From Octopus vulgaris (lineage: Eukaryota), in assembly GCA_951406725.2 (NCBI GenBank), contig OX597814.1, positions 218,488,001 to 218,552,000 of the forward strand: a DNA stretch of 64,000 nt. Reading direction: 5' to 3'. The notes under the pieces were generated by a model. The model did not search any database and was not told the origin of the DNA. It was given only the letters and a program-made list of their open reading frames with translations. Shown in pieces: positions 13,161 through 28,694 of the stretch. Made by a program: the position numbers and the translations under genes. Numbering within the stretch: position 1 is the first letter of the stretch; each line of letters starts with the position of its first letter.

Positions 13161-14816
13161 GAAGAATGTCGTGTTTTGGAGTGAGGTACTTCATTTCACG
13201 TGCTCCACTTTACTCAGCTGCAAATGTATTGCATCTGCTGCGTAGTGGTGCTTTGCAGAATTAATAACCCCAAATCATGCCAATACAAACTATCAGCAGC
13301 CCTTGAATTAGCATGCAAAACAAAATACTTAACATCATTTCTTCAGGCTTCTTAAGATGTGAATTCAAAATCCTGTGGAGATTAACTTTGCTTTTCATCT
13401 TTTAGGGATCAACAAAATAAGTACTACCTGTGCATAGATGTAATCAACCTCCAAAATCTCAGGCCTTATGCTTATATAAGAATTATTATTATTATCATTA
13501 TTATGTTTTTTCCTTCTTTCTTCAAATTTTCTTCCCTGTGGGGGAATACAACCCACAAATCTTTTATCTGTTGGGCCCAGCCAACTGCTACTCTCTGATC
13601 CCATCCCTGAGATACACTATCCAATTGTAAAGAAAAGAGTAAATGGAAGGGGTCGTAGCTTTCCTAGAGAAACATTACAGGCCCCACCGATGGGTACAAA
13701 CCTTTTATCTGTTCAGTGCAGTCAATTGCTACTCCCTGGACCCATCCTGGGAAAGGGAGGGGATTTTTTCTTGCAGTTTTTCTTATTTTATTGTCCTTGG
13801 TAAAGAAACAGGTCAAGTAGAATGTTATATTTAAATGTAAAACAACATGGTAAAAATATTGAATTTCTTTGAAATATTTCTTTATAAAAACAAGTATGGA
13901 GTGCATCAGAGAAATCTAAAGATGGTGAAGGTCAAAGAACATATTTGCCTGGCATCATTAATAACCAGTGTTCTAGCAGTGATAGCGATAACAGAAAGCT
14001 TGAATTAGAAATAGCTTGCAATGGAAACTATGGCTTCAGGACATCTACATTAATATCTAAAGCGAGTTGAAGTGGAAAGTTAAGAGAGTCTAACCACTTC
14101 TCAGTTGACATCTCTGGTTGCTGTTTAGAGGAGAGAGGAAAAAGAAGAAGAAGAAGAAGAAGGGAAATGATGCTGGTGCTGATGCTGGTGTTGGTGCTGG
14201 TAGTGACTTTGTTGTTGTGGTGGTGGTGGTGTTGGTAGTGGCAGTGGAGGTGGTGGTGGTGGTGATGATGATGGTAAGTTTTTCATATGCCACTAAAAGT
14301 AATTAAGATAAATCAGGAAAAAATTTAATCTTTGCAATACAATATCATAGATACCACACAAATAAAATGTGAGGTTTATGTACACACATACACACGCGTG
14401 CGTGCACACACACACACACACACAAACACATACACGCACGCACTCACACACACACACAAACGCATACACGCACGCACTCTCACACTCACACACACACACA
14501 CACGCACGCACTCACACACAGTTGAAGTGACATGAATTCAAGTTTTAAGATAAACATTCTATTTCAATAAATCATATTCTACGCAACATGTTTTCAACGT
14601 CCCTCATATTTATTTCACACAATTCAACATTCGTGTGTGTGCATGTGTGTGGGGGGCTTGTGCATGCATATGCAAGTATGCATGTGTGTGTGTGCATGTA
14701 TGTATGTATGTGTGTGTGTGTGTGTGTGCTTGTGCTTACTCTTTTACTCATTTACTTGTTTCAGTCATTTGACTGTGGCCATGCTAGAGCACTAATAACC
14801 CCTATCTCACTTTGTG

Positions 14817-15215
<399 letters not shown>

Positions 15216-15389
15216 TGGGATAGGGGTTATGAGTGTAACCCACTATGGGACAACAGTTACCCAATATACTGGTGGTGAAGCTCCCAAAAGGCAAATACAT
15301 AAATGTTTATAATTGCAATGCAATTAATTCATTTATTGTATTAGATGGGTGAAGGTAGAAATTTTTTACCTCAAAATCATAATACAAAA

Positions 15390-15658
15390 TAAGAAAATGG
15401 AGAAACAAATTCCTTTCAATCATCGACTTACAGATATTTACCAATTCTTTAATATTTATTAACTACATTCAATAGGAACATCCAAATCCAACAAAATAAA
15501 ACAATATACATCAATAAGCAAGATAATACCATAAGAATAATACCGTAAAATGGATTTGTTGGATTTGGATGATCCTATTTATGTAGTTAATAACTAATAT
15601 GAATTGGTAAAATCTGGAAGTCGATGATTGAAAGGAATCTGTTCCTCCATTTTCTTAT
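15390..15658. repeat. Imperfect inverted repeat (arms about 105 bp) in a TA-flanked insertion
   Basis: 15390-15495 is approximately the reverse complement of 15555-15658. Confidence 0.8.
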
Positions 15659-15765
15659 TTCGTTTCTTCCCTTCTTTCCTGAGCGTCCAATAATACTTTA
15701 TTTGTTCCACGTCCTCGCGTTGCTGTGTTCTTTTTGTTTTTTTGTGTTTTCTTGTTTGGATTAAC

Positions 15766-15792
<27 letters not shown>

Positions 15793-15796
<4 letters not shown>

Positions 15797-16092
15797 GGCC
15801 CAGTGGTTAAGGCAGCGGACTCGCGGTTGTAGAATCGCGATTTCGATTCCCAGACTGGGCGTTGCGAGTGTTTATTGAGTGAAAACACCTAAAGCTCCAC
15901 GAGGCTCCGGCAGGGTGGTGGTGGCGATCCCTGCTGTACTCTTTCGCCACAACTTTCTCTCACTCTTTCTACTGTTGGCCTGCTTGCTTAGCCAGCAGGG
16001 TGGCGTCATTTGAAGGCTAAAACAATGCGTAGCGCATTGTGACCAGCGATGTGTAACAACATCTGATAGCCTGGTTGGTCACAGTGACGGTG
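15793..16092 (+). mobile_element. tRNA(Arg)-like SINE, family B
   Basis: TGGCCCAGTGGTTAAGGCAGCGGACTCGCGG...TTCGATTCCCAGAC head. Confidence 0.8.
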
Positions 16093-16405
16093 ATATATAT
16101 ACATATATACGACAGGGTTCTTTCAGTTTCCATCTACCAAATCCACTCACAAGGCTTTGGTCGGCCCGAGGCTATAGTAGAAGACACTTGCCCAAGGTGC
16201 CACACAGTGGGAATGAACCCGGAACCATGTGGTTGGTTAGCAAGCTACTTACCACACAGCCACTCCTGCGCTTGTGCATGCATGTGCATTCATGTATGTG
16301 TGTGCGTTTGTGTATTAGCAGAGTTTAGCAGAGCATCAGAGTATTAACAGGGTCTGTTATATATTTTCATATTTAACATCTTGAGGGACAGAAAAGAAGA
16401 GAAAT

Positions 16406-16451
16406 CAGCCAGACTAGTTTCAGTCCTGTCTTGGGATCTCATCAGCAACTG
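16406..16451 (-). ncRNA. Minimal hammerhead ribozyme motif
   Basis: Minus strand CAGTTG-CTGATGA-GATCCCAAGACAGGACT-GAAA-CTAG-TC-TGGCTG; palindromic ACTAGT stem III; GUC triplet; stem I relies on G-U pairs. Confidence 0.55.
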
Positions 16452-16588
16452 AATACTCTCTTTAATTGTTCATGCAGACTTTGTTTATACATTCACTATT
16501 ACTACAAACTTGAGTAAATTAGATACTCCAATTTTCATATGTAATGCATTCTTAGCACTTTTAGTAATAAATTATTGGTAGATTATTG

Positions 16589-16623
<35 letters not shown>

Positions 16624-16857
16624 TGTGTATCTGTGTTTGTCCCCCTAGCATTGCTTGACAACCGATGCTGGTGTGTTTACATCCCCGTCACTTAGCGGTT
16701 TGGCAAAAAGAGACCGATAGAATAAGTACTAGGCTTACAAAGAATAAGTCCCGGGGTCGATTTGATCGACTAAAGGCGGTGCTCCAGCATGGCCGCAGTC
16801 AAATGACTGAAACAAGTAAAAGAGTAAAAAAGTAAAAGAGAGATTGTTATATATAAA

Positions 16858-17120
16858 GTGGAGGCACATGGCTTAGTGGTTAGGGTGTCAGCACCATGAC
16901 TGTAAGATTGTGGTTTCGATTCCTGGACCGGGCGATGCGTTGTGTTCTTGAGCAAAACACTTCATTTCACATTGCTCCAGTCCACTCAGCTGGCAAAAAT
17001 GAGTAACGCTGCGATGGACTGGCGTCCCGTCCATCTGGGGAACACATACGCCATAGAAACCGGGAAACTGGGTCCATGAGCCTGGCTAGGCTTTAAAAGG
17101 GCGCACTTATTTTATTTTAT
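16858..17120 (+). mobile_element. tRNA-derived SINE with CORE-like domain (family B variant)
   Basis: A and B boxes followed by TGTGTTCTTGAGCAAAACACTTCATTTCACATTGCTCCAGTCCACTCAGCTG. Confidence 0.75.
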
Positions 17121-17889
17121 TATTATGTATAAAAGTCAAAGTTTTTATACGCGCACACACACACACACATGTGCATGCACACTCACACACGCACACTCAC
17201 GCACGCACACACATACCTATATACATACACACACACACACACACACACACATGCACACATATATATGCAGGTATGTTGGTGTAAATAGGAAAAGTAGAAC
17301 TCAAAATATGAGTATATGTGTATTTTTATTAATTTTTAGCAGAAGCAACAGAGTGACTCAAGGTCTCGGAGTTTCGTGCATTAGCCAACACACAAAATTC
17401 TCAAACTTTGAGTCATTTTGCTAATTCTGCTAAATATTAATGAATATATATATAATCATCATCATCATCGTTGTTGTTTAACGTCTGCTTTCCATGCTAG
17501 CATGAGTTGGACGGTTTGACTGAGGGCTGGTAAGCCAGAAGACTGTACGAAGCTCCAATCTGATCTGGCAAAGTTTCTACAGCTGGATGCCCTTCCTAAT
17601 GCCAACCACTCTGAGAGTGTAGTGGGTGCTTTTTACATGCAACAGGTGCGAGGGCCAGTCAGGCGGTTCTGGCATCGATCCCACTTGAAAGGGGCTTTTT
17701 ACGTGCCACTGGTACAGGACCAGCCAGCCAGCAGTTTTGGCTAAAATCTGTAGATATGTTTCACAGTTCAGCATAGCATATATGTACAGGTATATACAGG
17801 TGTATACAGGTGTATACAGGTGTATACCAATATAAAAACACTGACACACTCACACACGTACAGAACAATGCATAGATATGTACATGTAG

Positions 17890-19264
<1,375 letters not shown>

Positions 19265-19664
19265 AAATATTGGTATTTGACAACTATGCTTGTTACCATT
19301 TTACTTTACTTGGTGCTTTGAAGCCAAGTGGAATAAAAATCCCTTACTTGAAAGATAAGTGTTGAAGACTGGAAAAGCATCCAACCATAATATACAGCAT
19401 CAAGTAAACCCTTGTCTGACCATGGAATATCCATCCATCCGATTATTTTCTCTGCCCACTATGAGTATGTACCAATATAAAAATACACACACACACACAC
19501 ACAAGCATGCAGACATGCATGCATCCATGCACATACACACACATACATACATACTTGCATGCATACATATATATATATATATATATATACACTCACACAC
19601 ATATACACAAACAATACATAAATATGTATATCATGTACTTGTGTGTGTGTGTGTGTGTGAGGGA

Positions 19665-19880
19665 GGGCAGAGTTCTCCGGCTTCTTCTCCACGGGGCCCT
19701 ATCAGAAGCGAGTACCTTTAGACTTTCCAGTGAGATCCCAAATGTAACCAATAGAGACGAGAAATATTATCCGACCATTCTCATCTTGGTCTGGCTCTAT
19801 GTCTCCTGCTGGTTGGCTCAGTTTGTAGAATCTGTCTTTGCAATTCTCTTGTACAGCATTCTAATCACATGTCTGTAGTC
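19665..19880 (-). mobile_element. Degenerate RTE-type LINE ORF2 C-terminal fragment
   Basis: Frameshifted HVIRM...RIAK...RARPR..WSDNI...DRAPWRR. Confidence 0.55.
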
Positions 19881-20349
19881 CCAGAAGCATGGTAGGAATA
19901 ACAGACATTAAATGAACAATTGAAATACATATCAAATAATAAATATTTATTCTGCCCATAGACTGACAGGTTGTAATCTATTGCTTGGCATTTAATGCTC
20001 AGAATACTAAATCAATTGGCCCTGGAATATTTCTGATAACAGGTCTGATAATAGAGCTACATGACCAGGTGTGACCTGGATTCAAACAGCAACATTTGGT
20101 AAACAAGCAGTTCACCTAATTTTTCCTTGAGAATAAGCAATGATAATACTAACCTGGATGTAAACAACATTTGGTAAACAAGCTGTTCAATATGTTTTTC
20201 CTGATCAGTCAACAATGGTAGGGTTGACCTGGCTCTGTATTGCAATAACATCATTTTAAGCAAGTCATGCAATGTATTTTTCCATGTGAATTAGCAATGA
20301 CCTATAAATTCATTTCTGTTTCTACAAGTGACTGGTATACTATTTCTAG

Positions 20350-20732
20350 TGTGGAGGCGCAATGGCCCAGTGGTTAGGGCAGCGGACTCACGGTCATAGG
20401 ATCGCGGTTTTGATTCCCAGACCGGGCGTTGTGAGTGTTTATTGAGCAAAAACGCCTAAAAGCACCACGAGGCTTCGGCAGGGGATGGTGGTGAACCCTG
20501 CTGTACTCTTTCACCACAACTTTCTCTCACTCTTTCTTCCTGTTTCTGTTGTACCTGTATTTCAAAGGGCCAGCCATGTCATACTCTGTGTCACGCTGAA
20601 TCTCCCCGAGAGCTACGTTAAGGGTACACGTGTCTGTGGAGTGCTCAGCCACTTGCACATTAATATCACGAGCAGGCTGTTCCGTTGATCGTATCAGCTG
20701 GGACCCTCATCGTTGCAACCGATGGAGTGCTC
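20350..20732 (+). mobile_element. SINE family B (tRNA-Arg-like head)
   Basis: Homologous to 35264-35647 and 46480-46865. Confidence 0.85.
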
Positions 20733-20979
20733 CTATGTACTATTTCTAGTAAGTTCTAATAATGCCTGTTGCAGTTTGGAGCAAAACAAAAGCCAAAATA
20801 CCAATTATTTATTTGCAGTTTTATGTAATCCTTTTCTTTTTGCCATTGGGCTACGGCCATGCAGGGGCAGACCCTTGAAGGATCTATCGAACAAACTGAC
20901 CCCAGTACTTATTTGTTTCAGTTTGGTACTTAATCTATCGATATCTTATGGTGGAGGGGGGGTTAATACAAATGCAAAG

Positions 20980-21209
20980 GCATACATATATACACACATA
21001 CATACATACATACATACATACATACATACATACATACATACATACATACATACATACATACAATCATACATACATACATACATACATACATACATACATA
21101 CAATCATACATACATACATACATACATACATCATACATACATACATACAATCATACATACATACATACAATCATACATACATACATACATACATACATAC
21201 ATACATACA

Positions 21210-21245
<36 letters not shown>

Positions 21246-21312
21246 TACGTACATCCATACATACGTACATACATACATATATATATACGTACATACATAC
21301 ATATATATATAT
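20980..21312. repeat. (TACA)n microsatellite
   Basis: Direct inspection. Confidence 0.97.
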
Positions 21313-21468
21313 TTATTAAAATTTTATGTATTGATTAAGTCTTTCCTTGTTTGTTTTGCAAAATAGTGGTTTTGTCTCTAATTAATATTATATAATATTT
21401 TACTATAAAATTGGATTTAATCCTAAATCTGATTTTTTCCCTGTAAATTTGGATTTATTCCCTAATAT

Positions 21469-21530
<62 letters not shown>

Positions 21531-21569
21531 ACACACACACACGCACACACACACTCACACACACACATG

Positions 21570-21600
<31 letters not shown>

Positions 21601-22867
21601 GTGGTACAACAAAGCAAAGGTTGGCCCGAGGCTATAGTAGAAGACACTTGCTCAAGGTGCCACACAGTGAGACTGAACCTGGAACCATGTGGTTGGTAAG
21701 CAAGCAACTTACCATACAGCCATTCCTATGCCTATGTTGTTGATGTTGAAATTCCAATGAAGGGGCTTTGGATCTAGGTTAGAAACCTATTCTTTCTCTA
21801 TTGGCAAGAAATCTTGAAATAAACTGAATAATGATATACTTAACAATTTTCCCTGCAGTTTCTGCCTACCAAATTCACTCACAAGGAATTGGTTGGCTTG
21901 GGACTTTAGTAGAAGGTACTTGCCCAAGGTACTATGCAGTGGAACTGAACCCAGAAGTACATGGTTACAAAGCAGATGTATCTTAACCACACATCTGTGC
22001 CTAATATCTTTTCTTAGCTTAACTTTCAATCAACACTGACAGTTCTTTCAAGCCACTGCCTAAGATTCGTACATTTTTATCGACCCAAGAAGACGAAATG
22101 CAAAAGTGGAACTTGACAGGATTTGAACACAAAACAGGCAGGGTTGGAAGAAATATTGCACAGTATCTCACCAAACCCTCTAATAGTACTCCCTACCCAC
22201 TGCCTGAGATTCATACATTTTTATTGACCCAAAAGAAGGAAATGCAAAAGTGGAACTTGAGAGGATTTGAACACAGAACAGATAGGGTTGGAAAAAATAC
22301 CATAAGGCATTCTAGCCAATGCTCTAATGATTCTGCCAAATTGATGCCATCCCTCATCATCATCATCACAATTGATGTCAGTTTTATGTCCAGTTTTGTT
22401 TTTTGTTGTTGTTTAGCCCAAGGTCAGCCTCATTAAGCAGGCCTATGATGAGATTCGGCTTAGTGATAGCTATCCAGTCATTTCAGATAGAGTTATGAAG
22501 GATTATATCATCCAATGAGACCTACCTTTATTTATGGTGACTGTGTACAACTTGAAGGAAATTGGGCTGCTATTTCGAGCAAATTAAGTGACCATACAGA
22601 GGCTTCCTTGTTAGTTTATATTTTACTGATTATCTTGTATCTTTTATTTTTTACTTGTTTCAGTCATTAGACTGTGGCCATGCTGGGGCACCCCCTTGAA
22701 GAATTTTAGTTGAATGACTTGATTCCAGGACTTATTCTGTTTTCTAAGTCTGGAACTTACTCTGTCGGTCTTAGTTATGGGAATGTACACACACCAACAC
22801 CAGCTGTCATGCAGTGATGAAGAACACACACAGACACACACACACACAAACATATATACATATATAG

Positions 22868-23095
22868 GGCGGCGAGCTGGCAGAAACGTTAGCACGCCGG
22901 GCGAAATGCGCAGCCGTATTTCGTCTGTCGTTACGTTCCGAGTTCAAATTCCGCCGAGGTTGACTTTGCCTTTCATCCTTTCGGGGTCGATAAATAAAGT
23001 ACCAGTTACGCACTGGGGTCGATATAATCAACTTAATCCCTTTGTCTGTCCTTGTTTGTCCCCTCTATGTTTGGCCCCTTGTGGGTAGTAAAGAA
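22868..23095 (+). mobile_element. SINE family C (tRNA head, Meta-domain-like core), nested in the TA run of an older family A SINE
   Basis: GGCGAGCTGGCAGAAACGTTAGC...GAGTTCAAATTCC...GACTTTGCCTTTCATCCTTTCGGGGTCGATAAATAAAGTACCAG. Confidence 0.75.
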
Positions 23096-23519
23096 ATATA
23101 TATACAACAGGCTTCTTTCAGTTTCTGTCAACCAAATCCATTCACAAAGCTTTGGTTGGCTCGGGGCCATAGTAGAAGGGCCTTTCACAAAGTGCCTTGC
23201 AATGAAACTGAAACTGGGACCATGTGGTTGGAACTCTCCTTCCTGAGATTAGTTGAACTGGAATAGCTCAAAATAGCATATTGCATTTTTATGGTTTGTT
23301 GTTGCTTAGTCCCAGATCAACCTTGAATGACAAAAAACATTCCAATTTTTTAAAAATGATCAAAGATTTTTTCAAAATGTATCTGAGATATTTAATCTTT
23401 GTTAGTTGTTGTTGTTGTTGTTTCTTAACACCATGTCAGCTCTGAACTAGTAAATATAGGATCGACCAAAATCATTTCAATCTTACGAGTCTATAGTCCC
23501 CAGTAATTCCTTATATTAT

Positions 23520-23748
23520 TTAACCCTTTAGTGTTTGCATTATTCTGCCAAAATTAATGCTTTTTCATCCACATTGTTTTGAATTAATCATGCATTCTCT
23601 TGTAGCAATGAGATTTTGATGAGGTAGCTGTTAATTTTTAAGATGATATTGTAGGGTTGGTGTGAGAGACCAGATCTGGCCAGTTTGAACATAAAACAGG
23701 CAGAATACTTTTGGCCGGATATGGCCGGTTTAAATGCTAAAGGGTTAA
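23520..23748. mobile_element. TTAA piggyBac-like MITE (family B)
   Basis: TTAA-CCCTTTAG...CTAAAGGG-TTAA; further copies at 54089-54317 and 54610-54828. Confidence 0.8.
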
Positions 23749-24788
23749 GATGACAAGCTGCATTATGAGGGAGATTTGGTTGGTATTTATTGCAGGTTGA
23801 TGTACAACATAGAGCTCCCTCATTGACCTGCTTAATGATCAGTGATATATTTATATCTATTTGCCAAAATAATTTAACTTCAAGAAATTTTGAAGTTTGC
23901 TCCTTTATAGACAGCAGTTATAAACATGCTCAGTAGATATATACTTGATCATTGTAACTGTTTGTTATGAGGTGAAAGGGGTGGAAGGATTTGCAGAGAG
24001 AAACATTCAACATAACCACGGTTTAGTAAAAACCAAACAAAATGATTAAAATGCTTTACATTCTATGTTTCCAGGCATAATGTATCTTGTATTAGGTTAT
24101 TCAATGTACCCTTCTTTTTTAGGACAGTATTGTGTGGTTTTGTAGAAGATGTGACTGTTACTTCTAAGTGAGGTTGGCTGCTACTTCTGAGTTTTGTAGA
24201 CTGGGAATCTTATAGCTGGATGACTTTTGGCTATTTAAAAGCACAAAATCTATACATTAATTTGTTTCATTAGGGAATTAATTAAATATATAATGACCGT
24301 ATACATCAGTGTTATAAATAGTCAGTTGCTTGGTGACCTTTAATTAAACACAAATAACAACTGATGGGTCACCATTATTACTGAGAGAAAGGGATGAGAG
24401 GAATGCAGTTGTGGCATTTGTGCTTTCCTATGAGAATTAACCAAGTTTCTATGACGAGGAATCAAACTGTGTTGCAGACTCAATTCGCCTCAGAACATAA
24501 TTCTTGAATCACAGTTGAAGTCACTTCAGTTATAAAAACTGGTGTCTTGACATGCGAATATAAAAATGGAACGTGCGTGTGTGAACGTGTGCCCATGTGT
24601 GTGTGAGCATGTACCCATGTGCGTGTTTGTGCACACCCATGTGTGTGTGTATGCATGTTTGTGTATATGTATATGTATGAATGCACGTTTGTGTGCATGT
24701 GTGCGTGTGTGTGTGTGTGTTGTGTTTGATATCAGGTTACTCTGAGTGCTTGTGGTAAAATGTAACCCAGTACAACCTGTTATGTCGT

Positions 24789-25484
24789 CAAGACTTGCCT
24801 GGTGCCAAGACTGGAAGCTCTACAAGACTCGCCTGGTGCCAAGACTGGAAGCTCTACAAGACTTGCCTGGTGCCAAGACTGGAAGCTCTACAAGACTTGC
24901 CTGGTGCCAAGACTGGAAGCTCTACAAGACTTGCCTGGTGCCAAGACTGGAAGCTCTACAAGACTTGCCTGGTGCCAAGACTGGAAGTTCTATAAGACTC
25001 GCCTGGTGCCAAGACTGGAAGCTCTACAAGACTTGCCTGGTGCCAAGACTGGAAGCTCTACAAGATTTGCCTGGTGCCAAGACTGGAAGTTCTATAAGAC
25101 TCGCCTGGTGCCAAGACTGGAAGCTCTACAAGACTTGCCTGGTGCCAAGACTGGAAGCTCTACAAGACTTGCCTGGTGCCAAGACTGGAAGTTCTACAAG
25201 ACTCGCCTGGTGCCAAGACTGGAAGCTCTACAAGACTTGCCTGGTGCCAAGACTGGAAGTTCTACAAGACCTGCCTGGTGCCAAGACTGGAAGCTCTACA
25301 AGACTTGCCTGGTGCCAAGACTGGAAGTTCTACAAGACTTGCCTGGTGCCAAGACTGGAAGCTCTACAAGACTTGCCTGGTGCCAAGACTGGAAGCTCTA
25401 CAAGACTTGCCTGGTGCCAAGACTGGAAGTTCTACAAGACTTGCCTGGTGCCAAGACTGGAAGTTCTACAAGACTTGCCTGGTG
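24789..25484. repeat. 34-bp minisatellite (CAAGACTTGCCTGGTGC-CAAGACTGGAAGCTCTA)n, about 20 copies
   Basis: Tandem unit of two 17-bp halves, each starting CAAGACT. Confidence 0.97.
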
Positions 25485-25974
25485 AGAAGAGTTGTTCGAA
25501 ACAGGACAAAAATAAGATCTGTCCAAGGGACAGAATAACCAAGCATAAGGCCAACTACTATTTAGCAACAGTCATTCTATGCCCTCAGTGGTGCATGGGG
25601 CTCACTGGTTAGGGTGTTGGACTCATGATTGTAAGATTGTGGTTTCGGTTCCTGGTCCCAGTGACACATTGTGTCCTTGAGCAAAACATTTCATTCCACA
25701 TTACTCCAGTCCACTCAGCTGGCAAAAATGAGTGACCCTGCAATGGCTTGGTGTCTTGTCCAGGTGGGGAATTCACGAGCCATGGAAACCCCTAAACCAA
25801 TCCCTATGATTTGGCATGATTCAAGAAAGAAACTTTACTTTTACTTTTTTTACTCATAAGGACATAGAAAGGACATAGAAATACACAGGATGACAAATGT
25901 GTATGCTATAAGACCACTTTGAGTGTAATGGGCTCTTAATTACTCTTTGAGAGTAATTATCCCTTAATCTAGAG

Positions 25975-26225
25975 CAGTGGTTCTCAACCATTTTCTACCT
26001 ATAGACCGTTTTGACTTCTGTTTTATTCTATTGGACCTCCATAGCCCTTTTGTGTGTATAAAAACATCCTACTGTATTTTTATAATTAAATATTATTAGG
26101 AATTTTGTAAAACAATTAAAATATTTTGTGCATTGTAGAAATATAGCAATTTGTTACACATAAATTGTAACAGCAAAATTTTATATGGACTCTCAAGGGC
26201 TACATGGATCCCAGCTGAGATCCCC
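25975..26225. mobile_element. hAT-like MITE (CAGTGGTTCTCAACC terminus)
   Basis: CAGTGGTTCTCAAC terminal motif; homolog at 50790-51423. Confidence 0.55.
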
Positions 26226-27067
26226 TTATATAAATGGTTGTTCAACACTATTTGACCCTTTTTGTACCAACCTGACTGAGACAGCCTTTGGTTCTATGAC
26301 ATAAATTATCTGTTTTAAAATTATCTAAATTAAGGCCTTCTGTCAAAATTTCATGTAAATCTATTTTCCAAACGTCATTTTAATAATTACAGAATGTTTT
26401 GTAATTTTAAGAATTAAAACAAAGACAATGAAAGGACTAATAAAAGATACCCATCACACATCTAAATACCATATAACATTCTACCTCATTAACTCTTGAG
26501 AACTTTCAATCAGCTGACTGGTCGGAGATCTACCAAATTTTAAGGATTATTCTTGGCAGCAAGAGTTCTCCTCTACCATTCAAAACAGATAAACGAATGA
26601 CCAAAATGATTCTCTGAAGCATATCTCTTCCTGATCCTTACACAAAGAAAGCCCATATCCTCCCAAAATCTCCAAATAGTACACATGCAATTATACTGCA
26701 ACAGTAAAGGTAAGGAAACTAGCTGTCAACACTATGAAAAAAAAAAAGTCAACCACTCCACCAACTGAACAGTTTTACCCATTACTGCAGCTCCTACAAG
26801 ACTACTATGGAAAAAAATAAGACTGCAACCTGGTCACTTGTCAGGAGAGTCTCTACCAACTTAGTGGAATCCTCTTTCCCACCATTTTTTCACAATCATA
26901 GCTTCATAAATAGTCATCCTATAGAAGAAACTTCTACAGAGAGTTAAGTAAAGTGCAGAGTACACATTGTTTGCAGAGCATTGACAGGAATAAGTTGTTT
27001 GAGTTGACAGGAATAAGGATTATAGAATACATATTGCTTATAGAGGAGTTAGAGACACAAAGGGTGA

Positions 27068-27104
<37 letters not shown>

Positions 27105-27108
<4 letters not shown>

Positions 27109-27642
27109 ATTGCCCTGATGTAGTACCAGGCAGTGGCTCTCATGGCTTCTGATCTTAACTGATTGGAAGTGTTATCATGTACTTTGTTTTGTCTTGGTAT
27201 AAAAGATGGGCTACAGCAAATATTCTGCTCAATACCACAGATTTGCTTGTCAGTTGTTTGACCATAACCATTCAAGCTTGTCCCTTGGTGGCTGACGATA
27301 TGTGCATCTCTGATCACGAGCAGAAGTAGTGGGGGAGCGTCATAGCCATGTGTTGAGAGGGATTCTTTGGGGTTTGAATAATTCACCTCTGGAAACACGG
27401 GTGTTTCGTTCAACATCCTTAAACAACCCTTATTCAGGGATCTTTTGAGTGAGATGGGTTATTCGACCTGAAGAAAATTTTAACTGGGCCCCACCTGCAA
27501 GGTCATGCGCTGTTTATCTTGATATGGGATATGGTTGTGATGCATGGTGTCCCCTTATCAGACAGGTAGACATGATGGGTATACTGGGCTTCATATATTT
27601 TACCCCAGTGTCACTTTGATGGCATGCACTGCTCTCTCACTC

Positions 27643-27697
<55 letters not shown>

Positions 27698-27962
27698 GTA
27701 ATAGTAATAGTAATAATAATAATAATAATTGAGCGGGATGGGCTACTCAACCTGAAGAAAATTCTAACTGGGCCCCACCTGCAAGGTCATGCGCTGTTTA
27801 TCTTGATATGAGATCACCATGTCGTGCACATATGGTTGTGATGCATGTGCCTGGTGTAACCTTATCAGACAGGTAGTCATGATGGGTATATTGGGCTTCG
27901 TATATTTTACCCCAGTGTCACTTTGATGGCATGAACTGCTCTCTCACTCAATAATAATAATA
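27105..27962 (+). mobile_element. LINE-derived 3' region with (TAA)n tail plus a tandem 5'-truncated second copy
   Basis: 27105-27645 and 27731-27950 share the 3' end ...GTCACTTTGATGGCATG..CTGCTCTCTCACTC(AAT)n and sit in TAA runs. Confidence 0.6.
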
Positions 27963-28106
27963 ACGATGATGATGCGCTTATTGTATACAGTGCTCAGATA
28001 AACTACATCTTGTTGTAAAAGGGCAAAAGAGGGGATGGAAATGGCAATAAGTGGAGTTGAGAAAGCTGATGATGACAACCAAAAGTGGATGCAAAATACA
28101 CAGAAT

Positions 28107-28520
28107 AGGCGCAGGAGTGGCTGTGTGGTAAGTAGCTTGCTAACCAACCACATGGTTCCAGGTTCAGTCCCACTGCGTGGCATCTTGGGCAAGTGTCTTC
28201 TGCTATAGCCCCGGGCCGACCAATGCCTTGTGAGTGGATTTGGTAGACGGAAACTGAAAGAAGCCTGTCGTATATATGTATATATATGTATGTGCGTGTG
28301 TTTGTGTGTCTGTGTTTGTCCCCCTAGCATTGCTTGACAATCGATGCTGGTGTGTTTACGTCCCCGTCACTTAGCGGTTCGGCAAAAGAGAACGATAGAA
28401 TAAGTACTGGGCTTACAAAGAATAAGTCCCGGGGTCGATTTGCTCGACTAAAGGCGGTGCTCCAGCATGGCCGCAGTCAAATGACTGAAACAAGTAAAAG
28501 AGTAAAAAGAGTAAAGAGAG
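28107..28520 (+). mobile_element. SINE family A
   Basis: Full-length copy. Confidence 0.85.
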
Positions 28521-28694
28521 AATAAAACAATTACTGATAAAAAAAAGATGTAAAAGAACAGTTAAAGAGCCGATGAAGAAGAAAGGATGCAGAATAGGCA
28601 TGTCAGAAGCAGGGATGGCAAACTGAAGAATGGGTTAGTCAGGTTTTGTAGATTTACATGAGCAGGAGAATCAGATGAAACAGAGAATACTTAC

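Noticed and set aside
13922-14008. Plus-strand signal-peptide-like ORF MVKVKEHICLASLITSVLAVIAITESLN
   Set aside because: Stops after 28 codons with no donor site
24746-25612. 288-aa repetitive ORF
   Set aside because: 34-bp minisatellite, period not a multiple of 3, no splice or domain support
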